64,000 bases of DNA from a virus. Taxonomy: Duplodnaviria; Caudoviricetes. Positions within the stretch are counted from its first letter, which is position 1; every line of letters starts with the position of its first letter. Made by a program: the position numbers and the translations under genes. Location: IMG/VR virus record IMGVR_UViG_3300033388_005412, positions 96,001-160,000 of that record, one strand, 5' to 3'. This document shows positions 49,899 through 58,395 of this stretch, piece by piece. The notes under the pieces are model-generated. The model ran no database searches, was not told where the DNA came from, and was given only the letters and a program-made list of their open reading frames with translations.

Positions 49899-50125
49899 CT
49901 AAATTAGAAATAGAATTTATGAAAAACTCGTTAATTTTCATTAAGAAATATAGTGAGTCTGATAAATTCAAAATTAAAAATCATACGGACTGTGCTCATC
50001 ATGTTGTGTTGTTACATAACAAAGATCTTAGTGCAGTAGATGGAATGAAAACATATAAAAAAGGAACAATGAAAGAAAAAGATATAAAAATGTTATTTGG
50101 ATATCACACAAAGGAGGTAAAATGA
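49895..50125 (+). CDS. Hypothetical protein
   Basis: ATGA coupling. Confidence 0.55.
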   Translation: MTKLEIEFMKNSLIFIKKYSESDKFKIKNHTDCAHHVVLLHNKDLSAVDGMKTYKKGTMKEKDIKMLFGYHTKEVK

Positions 50126-50268
50126 CAAGAAATCAATGGATTGGTTTAGGAGTTGTGGGAGTTATAGGCATAATTGCTTATAAGAAAAGAAAGAAGATTG
50201 CCAAAGTAACAAAGGAGATGTGGGACAAGGGAAAGAAAGCCTATGAAAACGAAAAGGAGGCTAAATGA
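50122..50268 (+). CDS. Small membrane peptide (48 aa) similar to the HIRAN protein anchor
   Basis: MTRNQWIGLGVVGVIGIIAYKKRKKIAK; AAGGAGG RBS. Confidence 0.6.
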   Translation: MTRNQWIGLGVVGVIGIIAYKKRKKIAKVTKEMWDKGKKAYENEKEAK

Positions 50269-50519
50269 ATAAAACACGCTCGATCATAGCTGACCGATTA
50301 AAAACTAAAAACTGGTGGATAAAAATGGTAGAACGGGATAGAGATAGATTTGAAGAATTGTTTATAACTGAAAAAGGAAAAACGATGAGATTAATTAACG
50401 TGCTAAAAAGAATAGCAAACATCGAATATAAGAATAAATCAGTTATAGATAAAAATGTTTTTATAACTATAAGAGGCATTATCTTAAAGGCAATTGCAGA
50501 TAATGAGAAGAATCAATGA
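50265..50519 (+). CDS. Hypothetical protein
   Basis: ATGA coupling. Confidence 0.55.
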   Translation: MNKTRSIIADRLKTKNWWIKMVERDRDRFEELFITEKGKTMRLINVLKRIANIEYKNKSVIDKNVFITIRGIILKAIADNEKNQ

Positions 50520-50542
50520 GATAATGTATTACTACCTGGAAT

Positions 50543-50798
50543 GGCCGCCGCAAGGCGGCCTCAATAAATAATGAATACTCAAAATCACCAAAATCAACAA
50601 AACAGTACTCAAATCAGTAATCAAATCAACAAAACAGTACTTAAAACAATAAATCAAATAATTAAATACAAATGTGATGAAATCACAAATCAAATAGTAT
50701 CAAACAATATCAAATAGTATCAACTATTATCTATTATATATAATAGGAAGAAACAAAGAGAAATGGTGTTAAATGAAGGCGGCCGCGGAAGCGGCCTT
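50543..50798. other. Non-coding AT-rich repeat tract bracketed by two GC-rich GNRA hairpins
   Basis: GGCCGCC-GCAA-GGCGGCC at 50543-50560; GGCCGC-GGAA-GCGGCC at 50781-50796; internal repeats AAATCAACAAAACAGTACT x2 and CAAATAGTATCAA x2. Confidence 0.75.
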
Positions 50799-50844
50799 GA
50801 ACCGATTGTCATATAGTAAAATATGAACAGCCAAAGGAGACAGA

Positions 50845-51156
50845 ATGTCAGAACAAGAACTGAGATTATGTGGAATGTTGGATGCTGTACCTGCCCGGTT
50901 GGGATGGGTATTTCAAAAGGATGCCGATTTGGTAGCCAGAGAGGAGTATCACAGAGAGTTCGGCGATTTGGAGGCCGAAGAGGCGATTTCTGTGAGTGAA
51001 GAGGTGATCAGCACTTGGCTTGTTGGCGGTGAAGGTCCGGTCATGACATGTGTTGGTGTACGTAAGTATTACAATCTCATGGATAAGATCGAAAGGAGGA
51101 TGGTTGAACTGAAGCATGATGTGATGCGGGTTGCCGAAATTACAGACACACCCTAG
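50845..51156 (+). CDS. Hypothetical protein, paralogue of 46665-46931
   Basis: LCGMLDAVPA...DLEAEEA...KIERR. Confidence 0.68.
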   Translation: MSEQELRLCGMLDAVPARLGWVFQKDADLVAREEYHREFGDLEAEEAISVSEEVISTWLVGGEGPVMTCVGVRKYYNLMDKIERRMVELKHDVMRVAEITDTP

Positions 51157-51166
51157 AGGAGAGATA

Positions 51167-51340
51167 ATGAAACATAAGATTGAATTAAGGACTAGAGATG
51201 GAACAGCTCGTGAACTTACTTTGATCATTAAACACAAATTAAATGATGGCAAGATTATAAAACTGTCTAAACATGCGGTTTTATTCAGGACTCTAACAGA
51301 GTCTTATGTTAAGGCAAGTAGGAGGAAAAAATGGAAATGA
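51167..51340 (+). CDS. Hypothetical protein (57 aa)
   Basis: GAGGAG RBS before ATG 51167. Confidence 0.5.
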   Translation: MKHKIELRTRDGTARELTLIIKHKLNDGKIIKLSKHAVLFRTLTESYVKASRRKKWK

Positions 51341-53316
51341 AAATGAATGTCATTAGTGACCTGATTGTCGCTGAGTTCCTTTATAAAGGAATTGGCGAAA
51401 AGTTAAGGGAAACGGCGAAATTGAAAGGTGCTGAGAGAAAACATGTAATGGGTAGGAGCCATCACATAAGTTTTCTAAGAAACAGGCCGAATTTAAGAAG
51501 GATATTCGAAAATACCTTTACAATTATGAAGGACAACGGTAGTTATACCGATGATGAATATCTTGATGTTTGTAAGAGGGCCAGGGAATCCGGTTATGTG
51601 CCGCAATGGAATGTTAAACGTGCTCATGGAGGAGGCCAGGGCGCTCATGCATGCGGTAAAATAGAATTCGGTAAATCTCAGATCATAGAAGATATCCTTA
51701 AAGAGGATAATATGCTGGAAGAATTTAGAAATCTTCCTATTGAGAAGAGATTAAATAGAATTCAGAAGCTTATAGGTGAGATGACAAGGTTTAAAACAGA
51801 ACCTAAAGTTAAGATTGGGTTTGCCGCCAAAACATACAATGGTATTGTATGGGCAAAACCGAGCTGGATGAGGCTTAATGGTATCTCAATGGGCGCGAAG
51901 ACCACAAATGTGTTAAAGTCTCTAATTATGCCTCTGGAGGCCTTGGAAGTGACTGATTATGACATGCTTGTGAGTCCGGAGGAAAATAAATTTAACTTAA
52001 GTGAGGAAAAGCTTGGTTGTTTAATCAGGTGGGTTCCAAGATTATCACCTAAATCTTTGTTCAGCAGGAACTTAAGAAGGAAGTTTTCAGATAAGCTTGG
52101 AAGAAATCCCCAGATGAAATGGGATTTATTAAGCTTGGTTAATCATATTCCGGATGTTGACTTGTCACATGAGAGGGATATGTACGAGAAGGGGCTTATC
52201 ACAGAAGAAGATGTAAAGGCTTTATTCGGTTATGAAAAGAATGGAGAAACAGTGATTCGCCCGGTAGGTAAGCGTATCCTGGCCGGGGAGTCTATATTTC
52301 ATCCGGATATATGGGTAGAGCTTGAAAAACCTTTTAAGAAAATGGTTTTGAATAAGCTGCAGCCGAGAATCAAGGGTATTTATGGAGTGGCTATGCCGAA
52401 ATCCATGTTAAAAATGATACCGAATGAGGCGATTTACTATAAAGCATGGGTTACGAGGTATCCCTGGGTTCTTCCTATTCTTACAAAGATAGGTGTATGG
52501 GAAGGTATGATATTTGTTGATGAAGAGTTATGGGAGATGTTTGGTGGTGATTTTGATGGTGATCAGGCAGCTGCATTTGATTGGGATTCTTTGACAACTG
52601 ATCTCTATCTGGATAGGGATAAAGAGTGGCTGAAGAAGGCCATGAAGATGCCTGTTAAAGAGCCGGCTAACTTTGAAGGCAGAACAGAAGAAGAAGTTAT
52701 AGCTAAGCAGCTTAGTCAGTATTCAGGCTGTGGAACTGTGTATAATAATGCTATGACTATAGTGGATGCTGCCAGGGCCGCGGAGTGGAAGTTTAATGAT
52801 CTTGTAAAGCTGCAGGCTTATTTGTATGCTAACATAGTTCAGCCTTTTATAGATGGGTTCAAATATAAAGGCGCCAACCATGTACCAAGTCTGTATGACA
52901 TGGTTACAAGAGTTGATGATAAGTTTGATTATCTTTCTATGAAGGAAACAATGAGACTTCGTGATTTTTATAGAGCAATAAGAAGCCGCGGTAGTTTTAT
53001 GGATTTAACTGATGTGGCTAAACTCGCCAACGCTGATTCTAAAAGCTTTTATGAAAGAGTTGTCTCTATCTTCAAGGGGTGGAAAAGAGGTGATTATATC
53101 CCGGTTCCCGCGCTTGATGAGACCATCGCGAAAACAGTGAAAACCAGTTTTGTGAAGTATGGCCGTAATGTTGAGGCGAGATATGATAGCTTTAACTATT
53201 TGATAACAAGTACTGAAGTACTGAAGGAGGTAATAAGAAATTGTTATGAGAGAAAGGATTACAGTTTGGCTGAGTATTTAGTTGTGAAATTGAATGTTGT
53301 TGCAGAGGAGGTGTAA
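51331..53316 (+). CDS. Single-subunit two-barrel RNA polymerase (YonO/cellular RdRP-like), 661 aa
   Basis: Catalytic GGDFDGD preceded by VTRYP; first-barrel motifs NGIVW...K...LKSLIMP...SPEENKF; downstream GTVYN and FIDGFK as in QDE-1-type enzymes. Confidence 0.8.
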   Translation: MEMKMNVISDLIVAEFLYKGIGEKLRETAKLKGAERKHVMGRSHHISFLRNRPNLRRIFENTFTIMKDNGSYTDDEYLDVCKRARESGYVPQWNVKRAHGGGQGAHACGKIEFGKSQIIEDILKEDNMLEEFRNLPIEKRLNRIQKLIGEMTRFKTEPKVKIGFAAKTYNGIVWAKPSWMRLNGISMGAKTTNVLKSLIMPLEALEVTDYDMLVSPEENKFNLSEEKLGCLIRWVPRLSPKSLFSRNLRRKFSDKLGRNPQMKWDLLSLVNHIPDVDLSHERDMYEKGLITEEDVKALFGYEKNGETVIRPVGKRILAGESIFHPDIWVELEKPFKKMVLNKLQPRIKGIYGVAMPKSMLKMIPNEAIYYKAWVTRYPWVLPILTKIGVWEGMIFVDEELWEMFGGDFDGDQAAAFDWDSLTTDLYLDRDKEWLKKAMKMPVKEPANFEGRTEEEVIAKQLSQYSGCGTVYNNAMTIVDAARAAEWKFNDLVKLQAYLYANIVQPFIDGFKYKGANHVPSLYDMVTRVDDKFDYLSMKETMRLRDFYRAIRSRGSFMDLTDVAKLANADSKSFYERVVSIFKGWKRGDYIPVPALDETIAKTVKTSFVKYGRNVEARYDSFNYLITSTEVLKEVIRNCYERKDYSLAEYLVVKLNVVAEEV

Positions 53317-53317
53317 C

Positions 53318-53854
53318 ATGGATAAAAGACTTTTGATTGGATTAGGTATTATAGGCGGCGCGCTTGGTGTCGTTGCCTATAAAAAGAGAGAAGAGCTTGC
53401 TGTGTTTGGGAAGAAAATGCTGAAAGCGTATATGATAGGCGCCAGACAGCATGAGGAATATATGTATGGTGATCCAGATGCGGCAGTTGGTGATATGCTT
53501 GATGGCGTTGGTGAACTTGCCAGGGCTGATGATAAGTATATCTCACATTTCTTTTCGTTTCATGCGACAGGTGTGACGTTTAAAGATAGACAGGATCTTA
53601 TAAGATATACGAATAAGGACACTGGCTTGCATTTTAAGAAGAATCCTGTTGAAGAAGACAAGAATGCTGTGGCGATTGTGGATGATCATAGTAGAATTCT
53701 TGGTTGGGTTCCTAGAACCATAGCTCCGCATATAGGTGGTAAGATGGACAAGGAGTTGATTAACATAGTGTCATGGAGAAAAGTAGGTGGGGAGAATGAT
53801 TATAAGTATGGTCTTGTTATAACTGTTGATGATAAAACAATTGAATATGCTTAG
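53318..53854 (+). CDS. HIRAN-domain protein with N-terminal membrane anchor
   Basis: FHATGVTF...NPVEEDKNAVAI...ILGWVPRTIA HIRAN pattern; LLIGLGIIGGALGVVAY helix; start moved to 53318. Confidence 0.75.
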   Translation: MDKRLLIGLGIIGGALGVVAYKKREELAVFGKKMLKAYMIGARQHEEYMYGDPDAAVGDMLDGVGELARADDKYISHFFSFHATGVTFKDRQDLIRYTNKDTGLHFKKNPVEEDKNAVAIVDDHSRILGWVPRTIAPHIGGKMDKELINIVSWRKVGGENDYKYGLVITVDDKTIEYA

Positions 53855-54066
53855 GTGTAGAGAGTTTATTCAAAACCCGGAGGATTCCCATTCTGAATAC
53901 CTCGCCCGGCAGAAGGCCGGGAATATGAAAGAGAAGAATCAGAAACGGACTCTTGTGAAGGGATTACACGTTTTTCCCATGAAAAATTGGCAGAATTACA
54001 CGTTTTTGACAGGAAGAATACAATTTGTTGAAGTAAAGAATGCCCATATAGGGTGAAGGAGATAAG

Positions 54067-54360
54067 ATGAAAACAAGAGAAGTTGAGCTGTTCATTGATG
54101 ATGAACTGATTAATCTGGTGGTTGATGAGCATGATCAAATCATAGCGCCGGAAGAGTACAAAGAAGATTCATTGATTGATCTGATACAGTATGAACATGA
54201 TTATGCGATTGAAATTGGTAGTGTTGAGTGGCTGGAGGGGATACGCAAAGCCAGGAAATTAAAGGCCGCGGCCCAGACTGCGGCATGGAACGATTTGGTC
54301 CCGGAGAACGGCCATCTGAAGAAGGACGGATACATAGGAGGAGCAGATGAAAGAAATTAA
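54067..54360 (+). CDS. Hypothetical protein
   Basis: AAGGAG RBS. Confidence 0.6.
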   Translation: MKTREVELFIDDELINLVVDEHDQIIAPEEYKEDSLIDLIQYEHDYAIEIGSVEWLEGIRKARKLKAAAQTAAWNDLVPENGHLKKDGYIGGADERN

Positions 54361-54562
54361 AGCATGGGAGACCAGTGATGATATGATTTTCGATTCAAAG
54401 AAAGATGCGAGAATTCATCAGCGGTTTATTGATTTCAAGCGTAGTGCCGAAAACTTTGTTGAGAAACATATGTGTCATGAGAATGATAAAGACGACGTCC
54501 TGAGAATGCTGCTTGAGCATAGACGTGAATTGTATGATATGCTCAAAAAGGCCGAAGATTAA
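54347..54562 (+). CDS. Hypothetical protein
   Basis: AGGAGG RBS. Confidence 0.6.
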   Translation: MKEIKAWETSDDMIFDSKKDARIHQRFIDFKRSAENFVEKHMCHENDKDDVLRMLLEHRRELYDMLKKAED

Positions 54563-54568
54563 TGCAAG

Positions 54569-54627
54569 GACTGAAGCATAGAACGAAGCATGGAACGTCA
54601 TTCCATGCGATCTTCTATGCTGCAGTC
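54569..54627 (+). other. Long interrupted hairpin (22 bp)
   Basis: GACTG/CAGTC, AGCATAGAA/TTCTATGCT, GCATGGAA/TTCCATGC. Confidence 0.75.
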
Positions 54628-54990
54628 GTGCAGTTATGTGATTTTTGGCACATAAATCATGAAAAAGGGTTGATTTACTACTATATATATACTTAACTTA
54701 TAATATATACTAGTAATTTATTATAATATGTTATTATAATAAAGAAACCTAACTAGAATATACATAACAATTATAATAAATCTTATTATAATAAAAAAGC
54801 TTATTAAAAATAGACACTATTATTATAATAAAATATCATAAGTCTATTAATGATATACTAGTATAATACAGTCTATTTAGGACTCATTTGACGAATCTAT
54901 CATCAGAGTCCAGTAGGGGCTACACTTGGACTCATATGATAGCCGCGAGGATACGTTACAGCTAAGAATATAACTGTGCAAATACTATTT

Positions 54991-55030
54991 AATAGTACTT
55001 TATAGTACTTAATAGTACTTAATAGTATTT
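54991..55030. repeat. Four tandem 10-bp repeats (A/T)ATAGTA(C/T)TT
   Basis: aatagtactt tatagtactt aatagtactt aatagtattt, preceded by an inverted copy. Confidence 0.85.
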
Positions 55031-55179
55031 GATTCAAATGAAGTTGGCGGAAAAGGGTCTCGCCTACTGCTATATATTGATTTTAAGATGGTACGATATG
55101 GTTCGTTTTCAGCATAAAAGGGGTCTTAGGCCTCATTGTGTGATGGAGACAGGAATAGGGGTGTTAAAAGGAGGTTGTT

Positions 55180-55350
55180 ATGAGTGATACACATGATGAT
55201 AATGACAAAACAGCTGGTATTATAAAGAAGCTGAAAGATATTGTCAAAGATAAGGATGAAGAGATAACGCGTAAGAATCATCGTATTGATAGTTATGAGA
55301 TGAAGATCCGCGAACTTGAGAATGAGCTGTACGGGAGGATTGATGAGTAA
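55180..55350 (+). CDS. Hypothetical coiled-coil protein (56 aa)
   Basis: AAGGAGG RBS. Confidence 0.55.
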   Translation: MSDTHDDNDKTAGIIKKLKDIVKDKDEEITRKNHRIDSYEMKIRELENELYGRIDE

Positions 55351-55585
55351 TTTGGAAAAATTCAATATAAATGAGCAATTATACTATCACGGAAACTTTC
55401 TTGAGCTTGATGAATCAATTGCGGAAAAGGTTGATGAGGTAGTTAATCAGGAAATCAATGAAATGTTTGGTGATATTGTGAAGAAAGTGAATAAAATAAT
55501 AGAAGATAGGACTCTTAAAATCAAAGTGGTATGGAAAGATTCGAAATGGGATATTTCAGAAAGGAAAGTCGGCAATCCGGACTGA
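55343..55585 (+). CDS. Hypothetical protein
   Basis: GGGAGG RBS before ATG 55343. Confidence 0.58.
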   Translation: MSNLEKFNINEQLYYHGNFLELDESIAEKVDEVVNQEINEMFGDIVKKVNKIIEDRTLKIKVVWKDSKWDISERKVGNPD

Positions 55586-55607
55586 AAATCGCCGAGGGAG
55601 GTAAAAA

Positions 55608-55817
55608 GTGCAGATAGAGATTAAAAAAGAACTAGTTAAGAAATTTGAAGACCTGAAAGTGGAAAGAGGGGATGGGTCCCCGGTAGACCTGGGTGATTAT
55701 GTAAATGGAGTCTTATTTAATGATTTAGCAATGGTAAAAGAAATTCTCGATAACAATCCCGGCCGTAAAGATAAATCTCCCGGTAAAGCTGGCGGCCTTG
55801 ATGATCTTCCTTATTAG
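55608..55817 (+). CDS. Hypothetical protein
   Basis: GTG start after GGAGGT. Confidence 0.55.
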   Translation: MQIEIKKELVKKFEDLKVERGDGSPVDLGDYVNGVLFNDLAMVKEILDNNPGRKDKSPGKAGGLDDLPY

Positions 55818-55851
55818 TCCATTAGTTTGTTGGTTTATTAGCCCATTAGTA

Positions 55852-55949
55852 TTACACTTTAATGTACAGAAGAATGTAAAAGTCTTTGCACTTTGATGTA
55901 CAGAGAAATGTAAAAAATGGTTTACATTTTAATGTACAGAAGAATGTAA
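55852..55949. repeat. Three 28-bp direct repeats with palindromic ends (TTACA...TGTAA)
   Basis: Copies at 55852, 55886 and 55922, separated by 6-8 nt. Confidence 0.85.
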
Positions 55950-56117
55950 TTTCTCGACGGTAAAAATAGTAAATATGTTTGTTCCGGTGTGTATAATGAA
56001 ACCAGAGAACAATACAACAATTATCAATATTAATGTTAAATATCAGCGGTAATGATAATCATTAACAATGACATCGATATTGATATTGTTGTAAAGGAGG
56101 AAAAATGGGAGGAATAA

Positions 56118-56321
56118 ATGACACTTAAAAGATGTATTGAGATTGGAAAGGCTTGTGGATTAACAACATTAGGAGAAGCATATGATAATATTGACATACA
56201 TGCCATTAGTTTATTTGGTTATTATGATATCAAAAAGGAACTTACTAAATTAAGAAGTGAAATTCTGAAAAAATATAATCAGACTTCAATCGATAAATGG
56301 ATTGATGATATAAAGATATGA
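56118..56321 (+). CDS. Hypothetical protein
   Basis: GGGAGG RBS. Confidence 0.58.
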   Translation: MTLKRCIEIGKACGLTTLGEAYDNIDIHAISLFGYYDIKKELTKLRSEILKKYNQTSIDKWIDDIKI

Positions 56322-56806
56322 TTTATGTTTTAAACTTCAGGGATATTGTGCCGGCAGGTGTAACGACTGTTAATATTACGAGTCGTTCTACTGGATGGTC
56401 AAGAAAGTTAAGTCCTTTCTTTCTTGGACCTGTTATGATAAATGATAGAAAGTGTATGAATGTTGAAAATGCCTGGCAGTTCTCAAAGGTTTATCCTGAT
56501 CATATTGATAGTAATGGTGATCCTACTGAAGAATACTTTATATGAAGAAATAAAGGATATTCTGATACTTGGGTTCACCGCCGGCCGAAAGGCAGAATGA
56601 AACCTGAGTATGCATGGCTGAATGGAAAAAAGCTGGGATATATTGAGTCAAGAAAACAAATATATATCCCTTTGTATTCTGAAGCTGTTCAGAATGCTTT
56701 GAAAATGTCATGGACTGATGTTGTGAATGATTCATCCAGAATAATGGGACATGGATTTGTTCTGAGTCAAATACTTAGAGAAAAAAGTGGTATTCTATGT
56801 ATATAG
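56318..56806 (+). pseudogene. Conserved hypothetical gene broken by an in-frame TGA at 56543-56545
   Basis: The 56318-56545 and 56597-56806 ORFs share a frame; readthrough gives EEYFI*RNKGYSDTW, where Trp would fit. Confidence 0.68.
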
Positions 56807-56839
56807 ATTTAGGATATCCCTTGAAGGAGAGTTATTAAA

Positions 56840-56962
56840 ATGGAATTTGTAATCGCTCTTATATGGATTTTATTGATTTTTATTCATTTGAAGCTTTATG
56901 ATGTAGACTTGAATGTGAAACGCATATTAAGAGAATTAGAAAGAAATAAGGAGGATGAATGA
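56840..56962 (+). CDS. Small membrane peptide (40 aa)
   Basis: MEFVIALIWILLIFIHL; AAGGAG RBS. Confidence 0.5.
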   Translation: MEFVIALIWILLIFIHLKLYDVDLNVKRILRELERNKEDE

Positions 56963-57255
56963 GTTTCAAAGATGATGTAATGTTAGGATTAGAAAATGGT
57001 CATATCAAAGAAAAAGTTAAATTTTTGCCGGAATGTCAGGGTGACTTACAAGGTGAAAAGTCTAAAACTTATTTTGTATTACCAGACATGGGGAATCCAT
57101 TACAGGACCGAGTATATATTACTCCGGTAAATCGAAAAGAAGGAGAAGAGACTTTTAGATACTCATATTCAAAGAGTTTAAGTTATTCGCCTGTTACAAA
57201 AAAGGATATTAATTCATATAGACAAATGCATTATCCTTTAAGGAGAAATAAATGA
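56959..57255 (+). CDS. Hypothetical protein
   Basis: AAGGAGG RBS. Confidence 0.6.
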   Translation: MSFKDDVMLGLENGHIKEKVKFLPECQGDLQGEKSKTYFVLPDMGNPLQDRVYITPVNRKEGEETFRYSYSKSLSYSPVTKKDINSYRQMHYPLRRNK

Positions 57256-57563
57256 GTGTTATTAATTATAAGGATTTAAAAGAACATCTTGGTCATCGAA
57301 TAGTTTGTGTTAGTTATGAAAGTCCCGGAGAAAATAAAGAGAACATTGCACTGGAATGTGAGGATTGTAATGAAGTTCTTTTGGATTTTGATAAAGAGGA
57401 AGTTGCCGATTCTAAGGAGCAGACTGCCGATTTCAAGACGGAATGGTCAATAAAGATAAAAGAAATTACATTAAAAATACGGGGTTGGTTATTTGATGGT
57501 GTTGATGTTCGTGCTATTCTGAATGAAAATGAAAATGATGTTTATTGGCAAATGCACGATTAA
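57252..57563 (+). CDS. Hypothetical protein
   Basis: ATGA coupling; ALECEDCNEVL motif. Confidence 0.62.
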   Translation: MSVINYKDLKEHLGHRIVCVSYESPGENKENIALECEDCNEVLLDFDKEEVADSKEQTADFKTEWSIKIKEITLKIRGWLFDGVDVRAILNENENDVYWQMHD

Positions 57564-57573
57564 GGAGTGAAAA

Positions 57574-57870
57574 ATGACTAAAATATTAATAAATCCGCCA
57601 CCGAAAGATGGCCGTTGTAATTGCTGTGGTAAAAAAGCTAAATTAATTAAAACATTTAGGGCTATGGCCCCGAAAGATGATATCAGAGAAACTCTTATTA
57701 ATGAAGTTGATGACTGGAATAAATTATTTATGCATAATAAAAGATTAGCAGCAGACTTGTCTTTTTATGATCAATTAGTAAATACAGTTGAAGCAAGCTG
57801 GGAATGTAATGATTGTATATCACTAGAAGGTGAAGAGTTTTATAATAAACAAGAAAGTAGAAATGAATAA
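57574..57870 (+). CDS. Hypothetical protein with CxxC pairs
   Basis: CNCC...CNDC. Confidence 0.62.
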   Translation: MTKILINPPPKDGRCNCCGKKAKLIKTFRAMAPKDDIRETLINEVDDWNKLFMHNKRLAADLSFYDQLVNTVEASWECNDCISLEGEEFYNKQESRNE

Positions 57871-58081
57871 ACCTGAAAAGAAAATTTGCAGTATGTCATA
57901 TACCGCATCAAAAGAAGAGAGTTATAAAAACATAGGATATAATCAAGCTATTGATGATTATGAAAAGTTTCTGCCGACTGAAGATGATTTACGACTTATA
58001 ATCTCTGAATTTACAGGATTTGATAGTGTAAAAGATAAGCTATCTAACATTCTTTCAAAAAGAATAAGAGGTGAAAAATGA
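57863..58081 (+). CDS. Hypothetical protein
   Basis: Likely start ATG 57863; GYNQAI motif. Confidence 0.55.
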   Translation: MNKPEKKICSMSYTASKEESYKNIGYNQAIDDYEKFLPTEDDLRLIISEFTGFDSVKDKLSNILSKRIRGEK

Positions 58082-58395
58082 GTGATAGAATAACTGTGGC
58101 TAACGGAAAATATACTGTTATTATGTATGATGACGGTAGAATGGAAGCGCTTAGACATGGCGAAAAATGGCAGGAATCTTTAAGCAGTAATTTGATAGGA
58201 ACATTAGCTAATGATTTATTAGAGGCTCGCGCAGAGTCAACGAGATTGACGAAGGCATTAGAAAAGATAAACAAACTATCCGCAAATCCATTAACAAAAA
58301 CAATGGGTAAAGAAAGGATAGATTTATTAAGAGGTATTGCAAAGATATTTGACATTACATTTAAAGAACTTGCCGAATATAAGGAGGATAAATGA
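58078..58395 (+). CDS. Hypothetical protein
   Basis: ATGA coupling. Confidence 0.6.
   Translation: MSDRITVANGKYTVIMYDDGRMEALRHGEKWQESLSSNLIGTLANDLLEARAESTRLTKALEKINKLSANPLTKTMGKERIDLLRGIAKIFDITFKELAEYKEDK

Noticed and set aside
50571-50717. 48-codon Asn/Gln-rich ORF
   Set aside because: No SD site, in a genome region where real genes have strong ones; composition follows from the DNA repeats
53826-54056. 76-aa ORF after the HIRAN gene
   Set aside because: Overlaps the HIRAN stop and lacks an RBS; coding status unsupported
55852-55949. CRISPR mini-array
   Set aside because: Repeats are 28 bp but separated by only 6-8 nt; no spacer-length unique sequences and no cas genes in the window
56543-56545. 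Genome-wide TGA-to-Trp recoding
   Set aside because: Many genes end in TGA with ATGA start overlaps, and long genes are intact under code 11
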